A stretch of DNA of 64,000 nt from Candidatus Delongbacteria bacterium. GTDB lineage: Bacteria; CAIWAD01. The position numbers were made by a program, and so were the translations under genes. Under the pieces are notes generated by a model that was given only the letters and a program-made list of their open reading frames with translations, was not told where the DNA came from and made no database searches. Within the stretch, counting starts at the first letter, position 1. Each line of letters begins with the position of its first letter. The stretch covers positions 704,001 through 768,000 of the forward strand of contig OY760505.1 in assembly GCA_963663545.1 (NCBI GenBank). Reading direction: 5' to 3'. This document shows, piece after piece, positions 50,390-61,054 of the stretch.

Positions 50390-51250
50390 ATGAACAAGAG
50401 CTATCGCAGAGTTGATTTGTGTCTGTTGTTCGCCATGGCACTGTTCCTGCTCAGTGTGCTCTTCCCTCCGCGGGCCGAAGCGCAGCCTCTCGCATACGGC
50501 ACAGGCATTACGGTGGATGGCGATTGCAGCGATTGGGACCTGAACGAAGACTTCTACGCCAACATGTATCTGGGAGGACGCACAAACCGCCCGGTGTTGT
50601 CTAGCCTATACTTGCGCTACGATTGTGCCGACAGCCTGCTCTACATTCTGGTGCTGGATAATTCTGCTGACAATCTTGCGCCGGAATCTACTGCCAGTGA
50701 CGCCTGGTTGAAGATTTACAACAACGGCTGGGCCAACAACAAGCTCATCGACGGCAATAGCGACGGCAACACCAGCCCGCGCTCTTTCAGTTGGGTTGTG
50801 GAAGAAGGCACTCTGCTTGGCTACGAGGCCGCCGCCCATCTGCTTCCGAGCTACTACGCCGAGATCGAGGCGCATCTGAACGTGGACGGCGAGACCTCCT
50901 CCACGGGCAAGTACAGCCAGGGCAATGCCATTGAGCTGGAAATTGCCTGCCAACCCGGTGATACAGCTTCTGCAAAGGAGCAAGTGGATCGCACAACGCT
51001 GGCGCAGAACTACCCTAATCCTTTCAACCCGGACACGCACATCGACTTCCACTTGGAAGAGACCAGCGAGGTGCAACTGCAAGTCTTCGACATGCAGGGC
51101 CGTCTGGTGGCAACACTGGCCAATGGACTCTACGCCAGCGGTCATCACAGCGTCCACTTCAATGCCGCCTCGTTGCCTAGTGGTATGTACGTCTACTCCT
51201 TAACCAGCGGCCATCAAGTTCAGACGCGGAAACTGGTGCTGCTCAAGTGA
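50390..51250 (+). CDS. Secreted protein with T9SS-type C-terminal domain
   Basis: AGGAG RBS, signal peptide, ITVDGDCSDW, QNYPNPFNP. Confidence 0.85.
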   Translation: MNKSYRRVDLCLLFAMALFLLSVLFPPRAEAQPLAYGTGITVDGDCSDWDLNEDFYANMYLGGRTNRPVLSSLYLRYDCADSLLYILVLDNSADNLAPESTASDAWLKIYNNGWANNKLIDGNSDGNTSPRSFSWVVEEGTLLGYEAAAHLLPSYYAEIEAHLNVDGETSSTGKYSQGNAIELEIACQPGDTASAKEQVDRTTLAQNYPNPFNPDTHIDFHLEETSEVQLQVFDMQGRLVATLANGLYASGHHSVHFNAASLPSGMYVYSLTSGHQVQTRKLVLLK

Positions 51251-51276
51251 TCACGGCGTATCCAAGGAACACCTTG

Positions 51277-51300
51277 AGGGTGCCTGCGGGCACCCTTTTT
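51277..51300 (+). terminator. Rho-independent terminator
   Basis: AGGGTGCC-TGCG-GGCACCCT followed by a T-run. Confidence 0.8.
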
Positions 51301-51517
51301 CTCACCAGGCTGTAAGGGTTCCACAGGCCACCTATCAGGCCAAGGCTCCCACTCTTCTTAGGTCGACACATTGCAGACGGACAAGTTCTGTACACACATG
51401 CCACTCTTCCCAAAGCCAATCAGGACACCTCGCTCACGTGACAGCGCGCACAAACAAGTGAATGCCACTTCCGTTCTTTCCGATAGAATCTGCTGACGGT
51501 AGAATAGGGAGCCTGAC

Positions 51518-54163
51518 ATGAAGCTGAATTTGAGTACATGGACCTGCGCGGTCCTGATTCTGAGCACAGCGGCCCACGCCGACCTGAGTGGTCCGGAGGC
51601 TGAGGCTGTCTATGGCGGTATGGTGCAAGGTATGACCTGGAATGCCACCAGCGCCAGCAGCAGCCGCTTATGGCTGAGCACCGAAAGCGCCAACAGCCTG
51701 TTCTATAGTGATGTGAGTCATTCGGGCTCGTCCACAACCTTTGGCAGTTTCCAGGCCGTGCCGGACGTGGACGCGGACGATGGCTTCGGTGCGGACATTC
51801 GCCAAATTGCCGCCGATGAGGACTCGGGTTGGCTCTTCTTCAGTGCCGAGGGCGGCCTGTGGCGTGTGACGGACAGCGTCGGCAGCCTGACGCTGGTTGC
51901 CGCCGGTAATGCACCGGAAGCGATCTGCGTACACAATGGCTGGCTCTATTGGTTCGATGGGGGCCAGTTCCACTTCGGCAGCATCGACTCCGCCAGTGGA
52001 GCCTTCACCGAAAGCGCCACTTCGCCCTTGACCTTAGGCATCAGTTCGGCACCCGGGATGACCCTCATGCCGGGTCTGTGGGGCAGCAGCGAGCGCCTCT
52101 TCCTGCTGGCAGAAGGCACGACACCGCTTTACATGAGCGCCGATACTCTGGGTGCCTTCGGTTCCGCCACCACTTTCGATCCCGTGGACACCACCGGTCT
52201 CACGGATCCAGAAGCCTGCGTCGCGCTGGGCACCGGCCCCGACGGGCGCGTCTTCCTGGGCTTCGTCATCGGCGTGGAACCCGACCATTTCAAGGGTGTG
52301 GCCTGGCGCGATTCGAGCGCCACCAGCTGGACCGAATTCGATACCGGCTATGGCGGCACCAGTGGCAGCTGGCTGCAGTGCACAAGCGCCCTGCCCACCT
52401 ATCGCGTCTATTTCGGTACGATCTACAGCGACTCGCTTGGCGTGAACGGCAGCTGGCACGCCATTGGTGATACAAGCTTTGAGACGCACCCCAATGACGG
52501 CGGAGTCATGAGCTGCCCCCTTAACGATGACTTGATCGTCTGCACCACAGATCAGGGCATCGGCGCCAGTCACGATGGCGGCCCGACGCTGGTGGAGATC
52601 GACGACGGTCTGGAGGCCGTGCAGGTGAAGGATCTGGAGATGGATTCGGCCAAGGAAATCGCCTGGGTCGCCTCCAAAAGCGGACTGCGCCAGGTGAGCA
52701 ACTACTCCAGCACACCGACCTGGTCCAGCGCCATCTTCCCCAACGGCGACGGCTCGCCCTTCTGGTCCATCGCCATGGATACCACCGACGCCACCGGAGC
52801 AACCGTCTACGCTGGCAACATTCGTGTCTACAAGAGCACGGACGCGGGCTCGAATTGGACACAGGGCCTCGACGCCCAGCTGTCGCCCTGGAATCTGAGT
52901 TTCTTCAGTCACGTAGCGGCCTTGGAAGTGGATCCCTGGAACCCGGACCGCGTGGTCGCCGGCTATTACGCCAGTGAGGAGACGGAAAAGGGCCAACTCT
53001 TCGTCAGCGAGGACGGCGGTATCACCTTCGACATCATCAGTGGCGGTGATCTGCCCAGCGACGGTGCGGACTTCAACGACCTGCTTTTCGTGGACGAGGG
53101 CGGCACCAGCGTGATCTACGCGGGTGTGGATTACACCTATACCTTCGGCTTTGGTACCTCCTGGGCCGTTTACCGCATCGAAGGCGATATCGCCAGCGGC
53201 TGGACGATTACGCAGGACATGACTTTCGGCGTAACCATCAAAGACCTTTGCACCGACAACGCGGGCGGTCTTTACGCGGCTGGCTGCGATGGTGGCGGCC
53301 ATCCGGTGGTCTATCAGAAGGTGGCCGGTGGCAGCTGGGCGCCCATCTCCTGGTCCAATCTGCCGGGCGATGGTTGTGTCACAGCCATTACCTCAGGCGA
53401 CGACGGCGTGGGTCACACCATTCCCTACGTGGCGGTCAACGGCGACGTGTATTACCTGGGCTACGGCGCCAGTGTCTGGACGCTGGCCTACGAGTACCCG
53501 GAGGGCATGGAAGTCAACGCCTTGTATTACGACGATCTGCTGGTGGCCACGGGCACGGGCCTCTACGCGCAGAACACGGTGGCCAGCACCAATGCTCCCA
53601 CAGCCGAAATCTGTGGCATCGAGTGCGGTAGCGCGAGCTACGCCGAGCTGCTGGCGGACCCGCCGGCAGTAATGGTCAACGATGTGGACAGCGAGTCGCT
53701 GGTGCTTTCCTGGTTGGCCGGAGACAGTCTGCTCTGCCAGCAGACGCTGACAGCCAACGGCCAGTGCGCTGAGATCTGCACCGGCTTCCTGAACGCGGCA
53801 GCCGCGGGCGCCTTCCGCTACGAGCTAAGCGACGGCACCTGGACCGTTACTGGTGGCGAATGGGAGCTAAATACTTCAACAGAACGCGTGATACAACCGG
53901 TGGCCTTCAAACTGGAACACGCCTACCCGAATCCCTTCAACCCGCGCACGAGTTTCGTTGTGGAACTGGGACGCGCGATGCAGGTGGAAGCCGCCGTCTA
54001 CAATCTTCGCGGCGCACTGGTGGCTACTCTGCAGAAGGGCGAAATGCCGGCGGGGCGTCATACGATCAGCTGGAACGCTGAGTCCGTGGCCTCGGGTCTT
54101 TATGTGATACAGGTGAGGACGCCGGAAGCAAGTGCACAGCAGAAGGTGATGCTACTGAAGTGA
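51518..54163 (+). CDS. Secreted BNR/Asp-box beta-propeller protein with T9SS-type C-terminal domain
   Basis: SHDGG, STDAGSNW and SEDGGITF Asp boxes; AYPNPFNP. Confidence 0.85.
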   Translation: MKLNLSTWTCAVLILSTAAHADLSGPEAEAVYGGMVQGMTWNATSASSSRLWLSTESANSLFYSDVSHSGSSTTFGSFQAVPDVDADDGFGADIRQIAADEDSGWLFFSAEGGLWRVTDSVGSLTLVAAGNAPEAICVHNGWLYWFDGGQFHFGSIDSASGAFTESATSPLTLGISSAPGMTLMPGLWGSSERLFLLAEGTTPLYMSADTLGAFGSATTFDPVDTTGLTDPEACVALGTGPDGRVFLGFVIGVEPDHFKGVAWRDSSATSWTEFDTGYGGTSGSWLQCTSALPTYRVYFGTIYSDSLGVNGSWHAIGDTSFETHPNDGGVMSCPLNDDLIVCTTDQGIGASHDGGPTLVEIDDGLEAVQVKDLEMDSAKEIAWVASKSGLRQVSNYSSTPTWSSAIFPNGDGSPFWSIAMDTTDATGATVYAGNIRVYKSTDAGSNWTQGLDAQLSPWNLSFFSHVAALEVDPWNPDRVVAGYYASEETEKGQLFVSEDGGITFDIISGGDLPSDGADFNDLLFVDEGGTSVIYAGVDYTYTFGFGTSWAVYRIEGDIASGWTITQDMTFGVTIKDLCTDNAGGLYAAGCDGGGHPVVYQKVAGGSWAPISWSNLPGDGCVTAITSGDDGVGHTIPYVAVNGDVYYLGYGASVWTLAYEYPEGMEVNALYYDDLLVATGTGLYAQNTVASTNAPTAEICGIECGSASYAELLADPPAVMVNDVDSESLVLSWLAGDSLLCQQTLTANGQCAEICTGFLNAAAAGAFRYELSDGTWTVTGGEWELNTSTERVIQPVAFKLEHAYPNPFNPRTSFVVELGRAMQVEAAVYNLRGALVATLQKGEMPAGRHTISWNAESVASGLYVIQVRTPEASAQQKVMLLK

Positions 54164-54210
54164 TACACGTGGGTGGATTCACCCACTGCTAGAATGCCAA
54201 GTGATACACA

Positions 54211-54248
54211 TCCCCCGGTGCTTCAGCGAGTGCCGGGGGATTTTCTTT
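54211..54248 (+). terminator. Hairpin between convergent genes
   Basis: TCCCCCGG...CCGGGGGA followed by TTTTCTTT. Confidence 0.6.
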
Positions 54249-54279
54249 GCTGCTATGACGAAGGGAGCGTCGCTGCTGT

Positions 54280-55674
54280 CTAACGGGATTCAATCGTCCT
54301 ACGCAGATACTTCCCCGCACCCGGCTGCGCCACGACCTGGCCCTCTCGTGCCACAATCCGTCCGCGTTGAAGCACCAACTCCGCTGCTCCCTGAACCTCC
54401 ACGCCCTCGTAGAGTTCTGTGTCACAGTTCTGCTTGTGAGTACGCGTACTGATTACGTCCCTGGCCGCGGGATTCCAGAGCAGCAAGTCGGCGTCGGCAC
54501 CTGGCGTGATACTTCCCTTACGGGGAAAGAGCCCCATCAGCTTGGCGGCATTGGTGGAGGTCAATTGAACGAATTGCGGTAGCGACAGTTTGTACTGTAT
54601 TACACCCAGGGTATACAACAGGCTCATTCTGTGCTCCACCCCACCTACGCCGTTGGGAATGCGTGTAAAATCGTCCAGGCCGCGTGCGTTGCGCTCTGCC
54701 GTGTTGAAGGGGCAATGGTCCGTGGCTACCGTACTCACACGCCCATCGATAAGAGCGCGCCAGAGAGCGTCCACATCCGCAGCCGAACGCAGCGGAGGGC
54801 TCATGATGCAGGCTGCAGCTTCTTCAAGCGGCCCATGATACATCGACTCATCGCAAGCCAGGTGATGCACGCAGACTTCAGCAGCAATATCCTGCCCCGC
54901 TGCCCGTACAGCGTCAATAACCCGCAGGCCCGCTTCCGAAGAAGTGTGTACGATATATAGTCTCGCTCCCGTCTTGCGAGCCGCCTGCGCCGCTTGTGCA
55001 ATGGCTTCGGCTTCCAACCTGGGAGGGCGTGATTCCGCGTGGTAGCGGGGCGCGCTCATGCCCTGGCTCAGCAGCTCTTGCTGTAGCCGCTTGACTTCTG
55101 TTCCCACTTCACAGTGAGCCAGCACCAGAATGCCATGCTGTGCGCAGGCGCGCATCACAGGCTCCAACTCCTCCGGTGCAAGACCGATTGTATCACCGTA
55201 AGCCAGATAGATCTTGCAGCTGCTCATGCCTTGCGCGGCACAGTTCGCCAGCTCTTGTGGCAGGGAATCCCGCCAGCGTGTGACACTCATGTGCAGACCG
55301 TAATCGCAACAGGAGTCCGACGCCTCCGCGTGGCGCTCCGCAAAAGCCTCCAGCAAGGGCTGCTCACGACCCGGTGTGACAAAATCGATGATCGTTGTGG
55401 TACCGCCCACCAGCGCCGCACGGCTGCCGCTGTAGAAATCGTCTGCAGAACGCAGGCCGCCGCCCACAGGTAAAGCCATGTGCACATGAGGATCAATGCC
55501 GCCAGGAAGAACCAGCTTCCCGGCGGCATCAATACTTTCAGCTCCAATGGTGTTCCATGTCTGCGCATCACCCACGGCGACAATCTTCCCGTCGTTAACG
55601 AGAATATCGCCGCGATACTCCCCCTCGTGTGTCACGATGAGGCCGCCTGTGATATGCAGACGCGAACCCGCCAC
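54280..55674 (-). CDS. hydA: Dihydropyrimidinase/hydantoinase
   Basis: PGGIDPHVH, GGTTTIIDF, SPPLR, TDHCPF, IPNG, GADAD. Confidence 0.93.
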   Translation of the reverse strand: MAGSRLHITGGLIVTHEGEYRGDILVNDGKIVAVGDAQTWNTIGAESIDAAGKLVLPGGIDPHVHMALPVGGGLRSADDFYSGSRAALVGGTTTIIDFVTPGREQPLLEAFAERHAEASDSCCDYGLHMSVTRWRDSLPQELANCAAQGMSSCKIYLAYGDTIGLAPEELEPVMRACAQHGILVLAHCEVGTEVKRLQQELLSQGMSAPRYHAESRPPRLEAEAIAQAAQAARKTGARLYIVHTSSEAGLRVIDAVRAAGQDIAAEVCVHHLACDESMYHGPLEEAAACIMSPPLRSAADVDALWRALIDGRVSTVATDHCPFNTAERNARGLDDFTRIPNGVGGVEHRMSLLYTLGVIQYKLSLPQFVQLTSTNAAKLMGLFPRKGSITPGADADLLLWNPAARDVISTRTHKQNCDTELYEGVEVQGAAELVLQRGRIVAREGQVVAQPGAGKYLRRTIESR

Positions 55675-55678
55675 TGGT

Positions 55679-57160
55679 TTACAGACTCTTTAGCACACCA
55701 GTGCGCTCGTTGAAGGCCTCAATGGCCTCGTCCCACTGGTCCACCTGCGAAAGGTGATTATGCCAGTAGTTGTGATCGTACCACTGGGCGTTCAGTTCCT
55801 CGACGGTCTTGCCCTGCTGCTCGATCCAGGTGAAGTACTTGAGGTTGTGCATGCGGCGCTTCTCGTAATACGTCATCTCGATCATGTGATCCGTACCCAG
55901 GCCCATCAGGTCAGCGGTGGCTACTACAGCCGCCTGGCGCGCGTCGAATTCGCCCAGGCGCTCGCGCTCTTCGATCATGCGTGATCCATACATCTCCATC
56001 GAGTCGGTGGCGACGGTAAAGACCACATCGTGCTCGTCCATCTCGTAGTACTTGGCCATCTTGATGGCGCCCATCAGATTGGCAATGGACGAAATGCCCA
56101 TGACTTCCAGCTGTGCCACAATCTGCGGGTCCACACCCAGCTCATCGATCAGATAGCGATGTCCGGCGGGTTCGTTGAACAGACGCATGATGTGCATGTT
56201 GGCCTCGTCATCAATACCAGCCACCATGTCCATGTTGCGCAGGTTGTGAATCCAGGGCACGTGCTTGTCGCCGATGCCCTCAATACGATGGCCACCGTAA
56301 CCATTATAGAGCAGCGTCGGGCACTGCAGCGCCTCACCGGCGCAGACCTTGATCTGCGGATACTTCTCGCGCAGATACTCGGTGCAGCCCAGCGTACCGG
56401 CAGAGCCCTGGGTCAGGAAAACGGCGCTAACACGATCTGTATCACCGCACTTCTTGTTGAAGACTTCTTCCATGGCCGGACCCGTCACGGCGTAATGCCA
56501 GACGGCGTTGCCCATCTCGCTGAACTGGTTCAGGTTGACGATTGTATCACCGCGCTCCGCCAGCAGCTCCTTGACCTTGTCGTAGATCTCTTTGACGTTG
56601 GACTCGCAGCCCGGTGTGGCAAAGACCTCGGCGCCCACCTTGTGCAGCCAGTCGAAGCGCTCCTTGGACATTCCCTCCGGCAGCACGGCAATGGACTCGC
56701 AACCCAGCAGGTAAGAGTCATAGGCGCCACCGCGACAGTAGTTTCCGGTGGACGGCCACAGCGCCTTTTGCGAAGTGGGGTCAAAACGACCGCTGACCAG
56801 CTTCTCCACAAGCGGACCGAAAGTGGCTCCTACCTTGTGAGCGCCGGTCGGGAAGTACTTGCCGACCAGCACGAAGATACGCGCCTTGACACCCGTAATG
56901 GCCGATGGCATCTCGATGACGTTCACATCACCAAAACCACCGCCCTTGGCAACAGGCTCGTTTTTCCATGTGATACGAAAGAGGTTCAGGGAGTCTAGAT
57001 CCCAGAGTCCCAAACCCGCCAGCTTGGCCTTCACCTTCTCTGGAATCAGATTTGGATCACGCATCTGCTTGTAGGTAGGTATCACAATTCCGCGCTCGCG
57101 GCAGCGCTCAACGGTCTTGGCCAGCACTGCCTCATTTACATCCAGCTTCAAGGTTTTCAT
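55679..57160 (-). CDS. PLP-dependent fold-type II enzyme
   Basis: FPTGAHK (PLP Lys), PSTGNY, GSAGT, HRIEGIG. Confidence 0.85.
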   Translation of the reverse strand: MKTLKLDVNEAVLAKTVERCRERGIVIPTYKQMRDPNLIPEKVKAKLAGLGLWDLDSLNLFRITWKNEPVAKGGGFGDVNVIEMPSAITGVKARIFVLVGKYFPTGAHKVGATFGPLVEKLVSGRFDPTSQKALWPSTGNYCRGGAYDSYLLGCESIAVLPEGMSKERFDWLHKVGAEVFATPGCESNVKEIYDKVKELLAERGDTIVNLNQFSEMGNAVWHYAVTGPAMEEVFNKKCGDTDRVSAVFLTQGSAGTLGCTEYLREKYPQIKVCAGEALQCPTLLYNGYGGHRIEGIGDKHVPWIHNLRNMDMVAGIDDEANMHIMRLFNEPAGHRYLIDELGVDPQIVAQLEVMGISSIANLMGAIKMAKYYEMDEHDVVFTVATDSMEMYGSRMIEERERLGEFDARQAAVVATADLMGLGTDHMIEMTYYEKRRMHNLKYFTWIEQQGKTVEELNAQWYDHNYWHNHLSQVDQWDEAIEAFNERTGVLKSL

Positions 57161-57192
57161 TTATTGCTCCTTAGGATACTGTTCAGTGTGTC

Positions 57193-58467
57193 TCAGACCG
57201 AAGGCACGCTGTCCATGTTCAACCAGAGTTTGCGTGCCCTCTCGCGGGCGTGTTCCAGAACGGTCGACGGATCGACACCAAGCACTTTGCGCTCGTGCAC
57301 AATCAGCTTTCCCTGCGAAATCACGCTCTCGACCTGGGCGCTCTTCATTCCATAGATCATGTGTGCTGCGAAATTCTGCGCACTCAAGGGAGTGGGCGGA
57401 TTGTAATCGAGCACCACCAGATTGTCATCTCCATCTCCGGCAAAGCCATTTCCTTGCGCATAGTGATGCACGTGGCGTAGCCGGTGATACATGGCCTGTG
57501 GTGATACACCACATCCGGCCTGGCTTGCCAGATAAGCTGACCGTGCGCTGCGCAACATGTCGCTGTGCATGCCATCGGTGCCCAGCATGATGCGCTCGCC
57601 TAGACTTTCGTGGGAAAAAGTACCGACACCGTTGTTCATGTTACTGTCGGCATTTTGTGCCACATGAACCGGCGCTGCAGCCACCAGCCGCCGTTCCTCC
57701 TCGCTCAAATGCAGGCAGTGCACCAGAATGGAGTTGGGCGAGGTCAATGCCCCCGCACGCTGAAGGCGTTCCACCACACGACAGCCGTAGGTTTCCTGAC
57801 AGTGCTTCTGGTCGGCCATGTCTTCAGCCACGTGCACATGCAGACCCGTGTGATACTTCTCTGCAAGATCAATCGCCGCGTGCAGCAGCTCATCGCCTAC
57901 GGTGAAGGATGCGTGCAGTCCCACCAGTCCCTGGTGCCGACTCAGGTACGCGTCCGTTTCTTCAAGCCCTTCCCGAGCAGCGGCTTTGCCATCGCGATCG
58001 GAGAGCTCGTAACACAAAAGATGTGACACGCCGACCCTCTCGAAGGCCTTGGCGATCACCTCCAAGGAACCTGTGCAGGCAAAGGGCGAAGCGTGGTGAT
58101 CAATTACAAAGGTCACACCATTCAGCGCGCACTCCATTGCGGTCACCAGGGCGCTGGCCTCAATCATCTCCAGGTCCAACGACTTATCCACCCGCCACCA
58201 GATGAGCTTCAGAATGTCGAGAAAGTTCTGTGGCGCTCTAGGCGGAGCCGGCATACCGCGCGCCAGTGCGGAGTACACATGGTGGTGGCCGCAGGCAAAG
58301 GCCTTGGTGACCAGCTTGCCGTTGCAATTCAGTGTTGAATCACCGTCTTCGACAGGGGGAAGCTCGTCTGCAAAGGCCAGCCGTCCCGGTGATACAATCA
58401 GATGAGTCTGCCGCATTTCAAGGCTCTGCCAATCCACCCAGGTGGCATTTTGTAGCACGACGGACAT
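57193..58467 (-). CDS. ssnA: SsnA-like amidohydrolase
   Basis: HHHVYSALARG, IDHHASP, GLHASFT, HVAE, LGTDG. Confidence 0.85.
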   Translation of the reverse strand: MSVVLQNATWVDWQSLEMRQTHLIVSPGRLAFADELPPVEDGDSTLNCNGKLVTKAFACGHHHVYSALARGMPAPPRAPQNFLDILKLIWWRVDKSLDLEMIEASALVTAMECALNGVTFVIDHHASPFACTGSLEVIAKAFERVGVSHLLCYELSDRDGKAAAREGLEETDAYLSRHQGLVGLHASFTVGDELLHAAIDLAEKYHTGLHVHVAEDMADQKHCQETYGCRVVERLQRAGALTSPNSILVHCLHLSEEERRLVAAAPVHVAQNADSNMNNGVGTFSHESLGERIMLGTDGMHSDMLRSARSAYLASQAGCGVSPQAMYHRLRHVHHYAQGNGFAGDGDDNLVVLDYNPPTPLSAQNFAAHMIYGMKSAQVESVISQGKLIVHERKVLGVDPSTVLEHARERARKLWLNMDSVPSV

Positions 58468-58469
58468 GA

Positions 58470-61040
58470 CTAGCTCCTCGCCTTGTTTTCGTAGGGCCTC
58501 ATGGGCAGTTTGTATCGTCTCACTCCGTCGTATTTGTAGAGAGCGTTGGCCACAGCACCAGCTGTGGGAACCAGGCCGATCTCACCCACACCCTTGGCAC
58601 CGTAAGGGCCGTGCGTATCCTTGACCTCGATGCCAATCACCGTCACAGGCGGTGTCTCGTGCGCTTTCAGAATTCCTAAGTCGCGAAGGCGGGTGGATTT
58701 TAGATAGCCTCCCTCCATGGGGAGGTCTTCGCTCAGCGCGTAGCCCAGACCCATGTGCACCGAGCCCTCAATCTGGCTCTCGAAGAGGGTGGGATTCATG
58801 ATCCTGCCCGCGTCGTGTGCAGCGTAGACGTGATCCACTTTCCCTTCGTCATCCAAGGTGACAAGCTGAGTGGCGTAGCTGTAGGAGTAATGTGTCACCA
58901 CATCACCCGGCTCGCCGGGCTTGGTGCTCCAGTCGCAGACCCAGTAACCGGTGTAGGTGCGGCCAGCCAATTCCTCCAGCGAGTGCGTTTTCAGGTCTTC
59001 CTTCAGCGGTTTGATGGCCTCAAGCAGACTGTTGCCCAGAAGCGAAGTACCCCGGCTTGAAGTGGTCATACCCGCTTTGGCTCCGTCGGTGGTGCTGACG
59101 CGTACTTCGATCTTTTCCGGTGCAATGCCCGTCTCGCCGGCGAGGATCTGCACAGCCACTGTATTGACCCCTTGGCCCATCTCGGTCCAACCGTGATACA
59201 CGGCAGCGTGCCCTTCCGCTAGAATTTCAACCTTGGCCACGCTGTCGTCCGGCATACCGTTGCCCACACCGCAGTTCTTGATGCCGCAGGCCAGACCAGC
59301 GTAGCGCGCCTTGTCGTACTGATCCTTCACGGCCAGCAATGTATCACGCACACCAACACTCTTGTCTAGGATCTGTCCAGTAGCCGTGGTGCTGCCTTCT
59401 ACAAGTGCGTTGTCGTAGCGAAATTGCCAGGAATCAAAACCACCCTGGGTACACAACTCCTCTACGCAGCACTCCATAGCGTAGGTGGCCTGATTGGCGC
59501 CGAAACCGCGCATGGCGCCACAAGGAATATTGTTGGTGTAGAGCGTCTTGCCCTCGATATCCACGTTGGGCACCGAGTATCCACCCGTGGCGTGACCAGC
59601 AGCGCGTTCCAGCACTTTCATGCCTACCGATGCGTAAGCGCCTGTATCACCGATGATTCGTGCCTTCAGCGCCGTCAGCGCGCCCTTTGCATCACAGGCC
59701 AGCGTGTAGTCCATGAGAATCGGATGCCGCTTGGGGTGCATGCGCAGCGAGTCTTCGCGCGTCAGGTGCAGTTTGACCACGCGCCTCAGAACATGTGCAA
59801 ACAGTGCCACATGGCCCTGTACGGTCAAGTCTTCCTTACCGCCAAAGCCTCCACCCATGGGCACCAGGTTGACCTTCACCTCATCCTCGGGAATACCGAG
59901 GATGGCGGCCACCTGGGAGCGGTCTACATAGACGCCCTGGCCCTGGCTGAAGAGTTCGACGCCCGTCTCTCCCCAGGGACGTGCAATGGCAGTTTCGGTC
60001 TCTAGAAAGGCGTGCTCGATGCGCTGAGTCTCATAGACGCCGCGTGCTACGTGCGCCGATCGGGCGATGATCTGGTCCACGTCTTCGCCCCGACTGAAGC
60101 GGCACACCTCCAGCAGATTGCCCTTCTCATGCACCTTTATGGAACTGTGCTCGGCTTCCCGCATGTCGGTCAGCGGCTCCAGGACTTCGTACTCCGCCTT
60201 GATCCGTTGTGCCGCAGCGCGCGCTATCTCCTCCGACTCGGCCACCACAGTTGCCAGCACATCACCGATGTAGCGGGTCACTTCGCCTTCGGCGACCATC
60301 ATCGGCCAATCCTTGACGATCAGACCTGTGATACGATTGCCGGGAATATCCGCAGCCGTAAAAACGCGTATCACACCGGAGAGCCTTTCTGCCTCGCTGG
60401 TGTCGATCTTCAGCACTCTGGCACGAGGGTGATCCGAATAGCGCAGTGCGCCGTGCAGCATGCCCTCAAATCGCAGGTCATCCACGAAGGGACTGCGGCC
60501 AAGCGCCCGGTTCAGCGCATCGTACTTGGGATGGGCGCCACCGGCACGCGCCGCGGGGGGTAGATCGACAACGCCGCCCTCACGCAGCACCTGGGCAGCT
60601 TCCTGAATCGCGCTGATGATGCGCTTGTAACCAGTACAGCGGCAGAAGTTGTTCTTCAGTGCCAGTGCAATCTCTTCACGGGAAGGCGCAGGATTGTTTT
60701 CCAGCAGAATGGCCGCACGCACCAGAAAGCCCGGAGTGCAGAATCCGCACTGAACGGCTCCATGCTTGACAAACAGTCGAGCCAGCGTATCACGCACGCG
60801 CTCCGGAAATCCTTCCAGCGTGATGATGTCACTTCCCTGCAGCTTGGCGAGTTTTGTCACACAGGAAAGCGTCGGTTTGCCGTTCACTTTCACCATGCAG
60901 GCCCCGCATGCCGCCTGCCCACTGCAGCCGTCCTTGGGCGACATGATGCCGCAAACGTCTCGCAGATAGTGCAATAGGCTAAGCTCGTCGTCACACTCGT
61001 ACGACTTCTGTTCGCCGTTCAGTTTAAATTCCAGCAGCAT
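58470..61040 (-). CDS. xdh: Selenium-dependent xanthine dehydrogenase-type molybdoenzyme (2Fe-2S + Mo domains fused)
   Basis: KDGCSGQAACGAC, QCGFCTPG, CRCTGY, GGGFGGK, GAMRGFG, GAKGVGE. Confidence 0.9.
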   Translation of the reverse strand: MLLEFKLNGEQKSYECDDELSLLHYLRDVCGIMSPKDGCSGQAACGACMVKVNGKPTLSCVTKLAKLQGSDIITLEGFPERVRDTLARLFVKHGAVQCGFCTPGFLVRAAILLENNPAPSREEIALALKNNFCRCTGYKRIISAIQEAAQVLREGGVVDLPPAARAGGAHPKYDALNRALGRSPFVDDLRFEGMLHGALRYSDHPRARVLKIDTSEAERLSGVIRVFTAADIPGNRITGLIVKDWPMMVAEGEVTRYIGDVLATVVAESEEIARAAAQRIKAEYEVLEPLTDMREAEHSSIKVHEKGNLLEVCRFSRGEDVDQIIARSAHVARGVYETQRIEHAFLETETAIARPWGETGVELFSQGQGVYVDRSQVAAILGIPEDEVKVNLVPMGGGFGGKEDLTVQGHVALFAHVLRRVVKLHLTREDSLRMHPKRHPILMDYTLACDAKGALTALKARIIGDTGAYASVGMKVLERAAGHATGGYSVPNVDIEGKTLYTNNIPCGAMRGFGANQATYAMECCVEELCTQGGFDSWQFRYDNALVEGSTTATGQILDKSVGVRDTLLAVKDQYDKARYAGLACGIKNCGVGNGMPDDSVAKVEILAEGHAAVYHGWTEMGQGVNTVAVQILAGETGIAPEKIEVRVSTTDGAKAGMTTSSRGTSLLGNSLLEAIKPLKEDLKTHSLEELAGRTYTGYWVCDWSTKPGEPGDVVTHYSYSYATQLVTLDDEGKVDHVYAAHDAGRIMNPTLFESQIEGSVHMGLGYALSEDLPMEGGYLKSTRLRDLGILKAHETPPVTVIGIEVKDTHGPYGAKGVGEIGLVPTAGAVANALYKYDGVRRYKLPMRPYENKARS

Positions 61041-61054
61041 CAGCCTGTGTCTCC